64,000 nucleotides of DNA, from NCBI RefSeq assembly GCF_009914755.1, contig NC_060926.1. The stretch is one strand, 5' to 3'. Shown here one piece after another: positions 56,025-64,000 of this stretch. The position numbers and the translations under genes were made by a program. The DNA comes from the human T2T-CHM13v2.0 reference genome, Homo sapiens. How positions within the stretch are numbered: the stretch's first letter is position 1; every line of letters starts with the position of its first letter. Below the pieces are notes generated by a model. It saw only the letters and a list, made by a program, of their open reading frames with translations. It did not search any database and was not told the origin of the DNA.

Positions 56025-58390
56025 TGTATTAGTCAGTTTTCACACTATTATAAAGAACTACCTGAGACAGGGTGATTTATAAAGCACAAAGGTTTATTTG
56101 ACTACAGTTCTGGATGACTAGGAAGGCCTCAGGAAACATACAATTAAAATGGAAGGTAAAGGGGAAGCAAGGATTGTATTCTCATGGTGGCAGGAGAGAG
56201 AGAATGCGCTGGCGGGAAATGTGAAACACTTTTAAACCATCAGATCTCATGAGAACTCACTCACTATCACAAGAACAGCATGGGGTAAACCACCCCCATG
56301 ATCCATTCACTTCCTTTCACTCCTACCAGCTCCCTCCCTTGACACATGGAAATTACAATTTGAGATGAGATTTGGGTGGGGAGAGAGAGTCAAACATTAT
56401 CATTCCGCCCCAGCCTCTCCCAAATCTCATGTCCTTCTCACATTTCAAAATGCAATCATGCCTTCCCAAGAGTCCCCCAAGGTCTTAACTCATTCCAGCA
56501 TTAACCCAAAAGTCCAAGTCCAAAATCTCATCTGAGACAAGGGAAGTCCCTTCTTTTTATAAGCCTGTAAAAATAAAAAGTTAGTTACTTCCAAGATACA
56601 ATGGGGGTACAGGGATTGAATAAATGTTCTCATTCCAAATGGGTGAAATTATCTGAAATAAAGGGGCCATAGGCCCCATGCAAGTCCAAAACCTGGCAGG
56701 GCACTCATAAAGTATTAAAGCTCCAAAATAATTTTCTTTGACTCCATGTCTCATGTCCAGGGCATTCTGATACAAGGGGTGGTCTCCTGAGACCGTGGGC
56801 AACTCTACCCCCATGGCTTTGCAGGGTACAACACCTGTGGCTGTTTTCATAGGCTGATGCTGAGTGCCTGTGGTTTTTCCAGGCAAATGGTGCAAGCTGT
56901 CAATGGATCTACCACTCTGGGGTCTGGAGGATGACAGCCTTCTTCTTACAGCTCCACTAGGAAGTGCCCCACTGGAGATTCTGTGCGGGGGCTCCAACTT
57001 CACATTTTCCCTCTGCATTGTCCTAGCAGTTTCTCCATGAGGGCTCCACCCCCGCAGCAAACTTCTGCCTGAACATTCAGGCATTTCCGTACATCCTTTG
57101 AAATCTAGATGGAGGCTCCCAAAGCTCAACTCTTGTCTTCTGCACACCCCAAGACCTAACACCACACAGAAGCCTCCAAAGCTTGGGGCTTGCACCTTCT
57201 GAAGCCATGGCCCAAGATGTACCTTGGCCCCTTTTAGCCATGGCTAGAGCTGGAGTGTTTGGGACACAGGGTGACATGTCCTAAGGCTGCAGAGCTTAGT
57301 AGGGCCCTGGGCCCAGCCATGAGAAGAGTTGTTTTCCTCCTAGGACTCTGGGCCTGTGATGGGACGGGCTGCTGTGAAGATCTCTGATATGCCCTGGAGA
57401 CATTTTTCACATTGTGTTGGCTATTAACATTCAGCTCCTTGTTACTTATGCGAATTTCTGTAGCTGGCTTACATTTTTCCCCAGAAAATGTGTTTTTCTT
57501 TTCTATTGTTTGGTCAGGATACAAATTTTCCAAACTTTTTCACTCTGCTTCCCTTTTAAACAAAAGTTCCAATCTCATACCATCTCTTTGTGAACTCATA
57601 CGACTATATGCTTTCAGAAAAAGCCAAGTCACATCTTAAATGCTGCTTAGAATTTTTTTTTTCTGCCAGATACCCTAACTTATTTCTCTCAAGTTCAACA
57701 TTCCACAGATCTCTAGGACAGGGCGAAATGCTGCCAGTATCTTTGCTAAAGCATAGCGAGTGACCTTTGCTCCAGGTCCCAATAAATTTTCTCATCTCCA
57801 TCTGAGATCACCTTAGTCTGGACTTCATTGTCCCTATCACTAACAGAATTTTGGTCACAACCATTCAAGAAGTGTCTAGAAGGTTCCAACTTTTCCTAAT
57901 CTTCCTGTCTTCTTCTGAGCCTCTAAACTGTTCCAGCCTCTGCCTGTTACCCAGTTCCAAAGTTCTTCCACATTTTCCAGTTATCTTTATAGCAATTCTC
58001 CACTATCCAGGTACGAATTTCCTGTATTAGTCCATTTTCCCACTGCTAAAAGAACTACATGAGACTGGGTAATTTATAAAGAAAAAAGACTTAATTAACT
58101 CACAGTTCCACATGGCTGAGGAGGCCTCAGGAGACTTACAATCACAGCAGAAGGTAAAGGGGAAGCAAGGCATGTCTTCTCATACTGGTAGGTGATTGAG
58201 AGAGCAAGGGAGGAAATGCCAAACACTTTCAAGCTATCAGATCTCTTGAGAACTCCCTCACTATCACAACAACAGCATGGGGGAAACTGCTCCTGTGATC
58301 CAATCAGCTCCCATCACCTTCCTCCCTCGACATGTGGGAATTAAAATGCAAGATGCGATTTGGGTGGAGACACAGAGCCAAACCATATCA
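56025..58390 (-). mobile_element. Complete THE1D element (LTR 58390-58023, internal region, LTR 56402-56025)
   Basis: Two homologous LTRs (tgtattagtc...atca) flank a THE1 internal region; ORF 56581-57195(-) is a decayed MaLR internal ORF. Confidence 0.92.
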
Positions 58391-61300
58391 TCTAGTAATG
58401 CTCTTCTTATTGAAGTCGAATTTCCACATACTAGAATAGCCATACTAGTTTAATTTCTATGTAATATATCTGTGTAAGTAATTTTTATTTTCAAGCTCAC
58501 TGAGTTTTTTAATGTATTTTTATAATCACAACATACATCAAAATTTTGGTATGTGTGTGTGGTATGTCTTTGTGCATATGTGTGTGCATGTGTGTATTTA
58601 ATGTATGCCAACCTTCTCTGCATTTTAATTGGAGCCTATAGTCCATTTACAATAATGTAATTACTAATATATCTGGTTTTGTTTTCTAGCTTAAAATTTG
58701 CTTTCTAGTTAGTCATTCTATTTTTCTTCTTTCTATGCTATATTTTGTTAAATTTTGTATTTTTAAAATTCCTTTTTATAATGTCTTTATTTCTTAGCTA
58801 TAGCTAATTATGCATTATGATAATCATAATTATTATCATTTTGGTGGTTGCTTTAGAGATTATAAAATGTATCTGTATGTTAGCTCTAGTTTACCTTCAA
58901 AAAACTATACAATTCATGAACTAGATAAGACCTTTATAAAGGTGTAATTCTCCTTACTCTTCTCTGGGATTTTTTGTTCTTATATTATATTTAAGCTCTA
59001 CATAAGCTATAAACTATATCATATAATGTTATTTCTCTGTATTATTATTCAATTGTTTTTAAAGAAATAAGTAGATAAATAGAAGTATAAATATTTGAAA
59101 GAAGGCCTTCATGTTTATCCAACTATTTACTCTCTTTTGGTCCTCTTAAATTTTACAAAATGGGGCTTCATTTGGTGCCTTTTTTTGTCAGAATGAAGAA
59201 TACTTTTAGCATTTCTTGTAGTGTAAGACTGCTGGAGATGAATTATTTTAATACTTGTGTGCATGATATTGTCATTAGTTTGTTTTTATTTTGAAGAACT
59301 TCTTGATGAGTATGGTGTTCCAGGTTGACAAATGAATATTATGATGATTAATATTATTTTATTCAAAACGTTTAAAGATATTCCATTGTCTGTTGGCCTC
59401 CATTGTTTTTAATGTTAAATCATCCATTGTTTTTATCTTCTTTATATTATGTGTGTTTTTTCCCTGTGGCTACTTAAGATTTGATTTTCATTTATGGTTT
59501 TAGCAATTTACATATGACATACCTAGATTTGTTTTTGTTTGTTTTATCTTGTATATGGTTTGAGTTTATTTGATCTGTGTTTTGGTATCTTTCATCAATT
59601 TTGAAATGTTCTGAGCCATATTCTCTTTAATATTTCTTCTGACACATCTTTTTCTGTTGAGGCTCCAATTACATGTCTAAATGAATATTGTTCTATAGTT
59701 CTGATATTGATATTGTCCTACACTGACATTGTCCTATAGTTCTTAGTATTTTTTTACGTTTATTTTTCTACTCTTCTTTCTTTGTCTTTTTGCTTTGACA
59801 CTTTCTACTCTACAATATTCAAAGTCATTGGGTCATTTCTCTTCTGAGTCTAGTCTGCTCTTACGCCCATTTAAAGATTCTTTTTTTCTGATATTGCATT
59901 TTTTATTTCTAAGATTTCTCTTAAAGTTTCTATATCTGTCAAAATTATTTTATCTCTTTCCCCACTATACCTTTTAACAACTTTATCACAGTAATTTTAA
60001 ACTTCATGCCTGATAATTCCAACAGCTGAATCATCTCTGACTCTGCTTCTGTTAACTATTTGCTCTCTGGGCCATAGTTGCATTTTCTTGCATTTTGTAA
60101 TTTTTCATACTGGAATATACATGCACATAAACATAAGTAAACAACATTTACCTCCAGAAAAGTATATGTTATTTTTTATGCCAGCTGCTAAATCAGTTTG
60201 ACCTGTATATGAGCTATGTATGGTCTGTGTTTCTGACTTAGCTTGATTAATTTTATCAGTGGATTTAATTTCATTTTGAGAACATTATTAAGACTACTGT
60301 GAAGCTTGACATGTAAGCACTGACAAAATCCTAGACATATTTGGTCTAAGAGATAACCAGTTTTCTAGGCCATGAGATATTTCTTTCTGCTTTAGAACTT
60401 CTGAATCACCTTCCTGAATTCTGAGTAGTTTCTTTACTTTCTAGTTTTGCTAGGGATTATCTGGCAATCCAGATAATCCCTTGAAAAGCTATTTCTTCAC
60501 TTGGAATACCTTGGAGGAATTTGCCTTCATTATCCTGCGCCACTCCTAGCTCTTGACAGCCCTGAGTGCCTTGGATCAACTTTTCTCATCTTTTCTTTCT
60601 TGCTTCCCACTCCCATAGGACACCTGGCTTGTACTTCAGGAGGGAATCCCACAGGCTCCAGATTAAATTTTCTTCAAATGTCTTCCCTTTCTCCAGCCAT
60701 GGTCACAATGCCACTGACCACTGAGTGAAGACCTGTGAGTGTGAGTGGGGATGCATTATTTTTTTTGTCTGGCTAGAGCTCCTCAAATTCTAATCTGTTA
60801 TGCTATTTGACATGTGGTCATTAAAAATTAGATTTTTTTTTTATTTTTTATTTATTTTTTTTACCTTTCTCTTTACCTCTGTCAATTTCTCTTTCTCTTG
60901 GGCCTTGAGTAATTGCTCCATTGGATCTTTTCCCAGCTATGAAAGGTATGTGACTTTTGAAGTGTTAGTCCACTTAAGTGTATTTGCTTCCCTCGATCTT
61001 TATTTTATAAAAATAAAAAGTTATATTTTATTCATTTTTCTTGTTGTTCCTGGAAATTGTTGATCTCTTGTGCTGTTGTTCTATATACAGGTGTTTTTGT
61101 ATTTTGTAGCTTACATATTTCTCTCACTGCTTTCAAGATGCTCTCTTTGTCTTTGGCTCTAGAATACGTGTGCAGCTGACTTCTGTGAGGCTGGGGCATG
61201 AGTGTGGGTAGCGACTGCCAGGTTACGAGTACAAATTGATTAAAAGCAATCACAGTTTATTGTCAAAACCCTCCCCAGGATATTGAATGTCTTAAGTAAA

Positions 61301-61400
61301 CTCTAGAGTTCCAAAACAGTTACATCAGACAGATTCTATCATCGATATTATTGTCTAGGTAGGGAGATGTTTTTATGGTGCTTCCTATTTTATCTTCTTA
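58391..61400 (-). mobile_element. Old L1M fragments (ORF2 start, ORF1, 5'UTR pieces)
   Basis: ttcatcaattttgaaatgttctgagccata (ORF1 region); KDKESILKAVRE remnant; 5'-end-like ccaaaacagttacatcagacagattct. Confidence 0.6.
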
Positions 61401-62911
61401 TAATTTTCTCTTGATGTATACTTTTTATAGAATATTTCTCCTCGAATTTTGATGGACATAAATGTTAATAATAAAAATAATATTCCAGTTCTTGATTCCA
61501 CAGATTCCAATAGAATAGTTTGAAGATGGAACAATTGAGAATTCTGAATGCTAAGCTAATTAGATATGTTTTCTTTGAAGGAAAACTACATTGTATTATT
61601 TTGCCTCCTCCCTCCTCCTAGAAGCCTTTAAAATTCATGCATCATTTTAAAAGTTTTGAAATTTTTCAAGATTATGTTTAAGTATATTAAATATTTTGTT
61701 CAGTCATCCCAATTAGTTTTCAATGGCCCTTTCCATTTAAAGAGTTTGGACATTCCATATAAAAAAGACAATGTCATCTACATTTTCTTTGTTTTCTTAA
61801 TTATATCTTTTCCTTTTTACAAATTTCTTAAAAATAGGTGTAAGATCTCTGATTTAACCTATGTGCGTCTTAATTTTTCAGCTTCTCTGTCATTTTATTA
61901 GATGTTTTTATTGTTTTTAATTACTAAATTAATCTTAATCTATGCTTATTATATCATTCTCCATTACGTTATGGATACAACAACTTGGTGAATGTTTCTG
62001 AGATTAACACTAAAAATATTTAACAATCTCTCTCATTTTTATCTTTTCTTTCTTTTTCTCTTTGTCTTTCTCACTCTCTATTTATCCTGTTACATCTTTG
62101 CTTCTATCTCTTTCTCTGTTTTTTTTTTTTAATATTTAAATAATGCTTCTGTCTGAGGAGGTTAAGAAGTGAAAGAAGACATTGTGAGATGGAGAATCTT
62201 TATTAAGATAGAAGACAAAGAGGGGATGATGTGGACACTTTCAGGATGTGGAATGGTTACATACATTATTCTGTTATCACAAGGTTAGCTAAACTCTCTT
62301 TCATAAAATCTCTCTTGTTTCTTACTCCCTAAATCTCAAATAAGTGACTAAAAAATGCCTGGATGACCCCAAACAGTAAGAATAGCTTGTAGGTCTCTGA
62401 AGATGTTATCTTTTGCCCTGGGAAGGTGGATTCCTATACTAACACCTGCACTTGAAAAGGTGAACAAGATAATTTTGTATTTATTTTCTCACTACCACTG
62501 CAGGTAGCATGGGACACTTCTTTATTATTCACAAGAAGAGTTGCTTAATTTTTTCGTTTCCTGATGCTTTCAGCATGGCCCCTTTGGCAGAGGACATTTA
62601 ATTCTTCTGGGCTTCAGGGAACAAAAGTTGTGCTTACTTTGCCATTGGAGTTTTCTTGTCTTCCTTGTATGATATGCTTATTTGGATGGGTCAGAAAGAA
62701 TTGGTATGTGCTGCCTCCCCCTTAATTCCTTCACCTGAACTCAAGGCTTTTGTAGACTACAACCTGAAGTAATCGATGGCTTCTCTGTTATCAACTTTGT
62801 AATCACCTAAGATGTGGGAATTTTCACAAAATGACAAAAAGCATCCGTATGTTCTGATGCTAGAAGCTTTCTCATTTTCTCATCTTTTTCTTTGTTTAAC
62901 ATAGATTTCAG

Positions 62912-62970
62912 GAAAGGTTACTTTTATGTGTCAACTTGACTAGGCTATGCAATGCCCAGATATTTGGTAA
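62912..62970 (+). mobile_element. MLT2 LTR 5' fragment
   Basis: ggttacttttatgtgtcaacttgactaggcta...gcccagatatttggt. Confidence 0.65.
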
Positions 62971-63119
62971 GCAGAAACCACATCACTAATCTTTGCTACA
63001 GATGCATGTTACACTTAAGTGGCCTAGAAACAATGACTTTGCAAGTACCATATGTTGACATCGGTTGGATGGCAGCTAAGATAGATTAGTGATAGTCTTC
63101 ACAAGGGTTTCTTTTTTTT

Positions 63120-63760
63120 TCTTTTTTAAAAATTATATGCTTTATTTTTAGATAGTGGTAGATTCACAGGTAGTTATAAGAAATAATTTCAGATTGATCT
63201 GGTGTACCCTTTACCTAGTTTACCCCAATAGTAACATTTTGCCAAATTATAATACCATATCGCAGCCAGATACAGAAATCCCTCATGTCTCCCTTTTACG
63301 TCCACAGCCACTACCTTCCCTACCCCACTCGCTTTCACTCTTTTTAGTTGTGGCCTGGCAAGGGTGTTCACCTAGGCCCACATTGGTCTTCGCTGGCATG
63401 GGTGGAGATGAAGCTTTCTTTTCCTTGCTGAATTTTGGCTGGAATAGAGTAGTTATTGTCTAAAAGTTTTCTCTCTTATTCCAATACTTTGATTAGAGGC
63501 AGCAGTGTTTTTTGGAGCTGTGCTTATCAACTTTTATGAGTTGCCAGCCTCTGCAGTTCCATATCTGTGGAATATGGGGCAGAAAGAAAACCCAGAGGAC
63601 TCAGAACCATACCACCCCTGGGTTCCCAGGTGCCCAGCTTTATCTGTCTTTATCTCTCCACTTTGCAGCATCTTCTTCTATTTGCTGTATATATAATGTT
63701 CATGGTCTTAAGTTGTACGTTGCAGAAAAAAATAGGAAAAGTATGTCTCCTCCATCTTCT
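63120..63760 (-). mobile_element. L1MC-like element: 3' end joined to a 5' end
   Basis: L1MC 3'UTR (tgtaccctttacctagtttaccccaatagtaacattttg) is followed by L1M 5'UTR (gttattgtctaaaagttttct...aataggaaaagtatgtctcctccatctt). Confidence 0.65.
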
Positions 63761-64000
63761 TGAAAAGGAAACTTTATTTTTTTTAAGTCATTTTTACATT
63801 ACATCATGTTTTTGTTGGCAAGTGCTTAGGCTATATCACTTGATAAAATATTTCTTGATGTAGTTAACATTGAAAGATATCTTTTCTGTATCTGTTTCTC
63901 CTCTAGTGATATAAAGATTAAATTATGCATCATGCTTGGACAGCTTAAATGTTGAATGTGAAATGCTAAAATATTTCATCAAAAATATTTTAAAATAAAT

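Overview
Primate, most likely human, euchromatic non-coding DNA (AT-rich, intergenic or deep intronic). It contains AluY/S/J, L1PA/PB/MA/MC/ME, THE1/MST/MLT MaLR elements, a HERV-H LTR7B solo LTR, a MER4-type LTR, MIR/L2 and Tigger/MADE1/MER20/MER58 DNA transposon relics. I find no credible host protein-coding gene, tRNA, rRNA or CRISPR array. The ORFs in the track are chance ORFs, microsatellite translations or decayed transposon ORFs. The main structure is an ~11 kb full-length L1MA (6545-17560, minus) inside an older L1. It carries an L1PA stub, AluY, AluJ, a THE1D LTR and a complete MSTA element, which itself holds the LTR7B. The most unusual details are a recent 104-bp templated duplication inside that L1, an LTR7B with a duplicated TATA box in place of its start-site region, a twin-primed inverted L1, a 351-nt pure pyrimidine VNTR, two MADE1 hairpins, a short L1 that appears to keep both termini, and several repeat-free homeodomain-motif-rich islands that may be enhancers. 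I cannot support a claim of a wholly new biological system. Repeat subfamily names come from recalled consensus sequences and need RepeatMasker/Dfam confirmation, and the boundaries of old elements are approximate.
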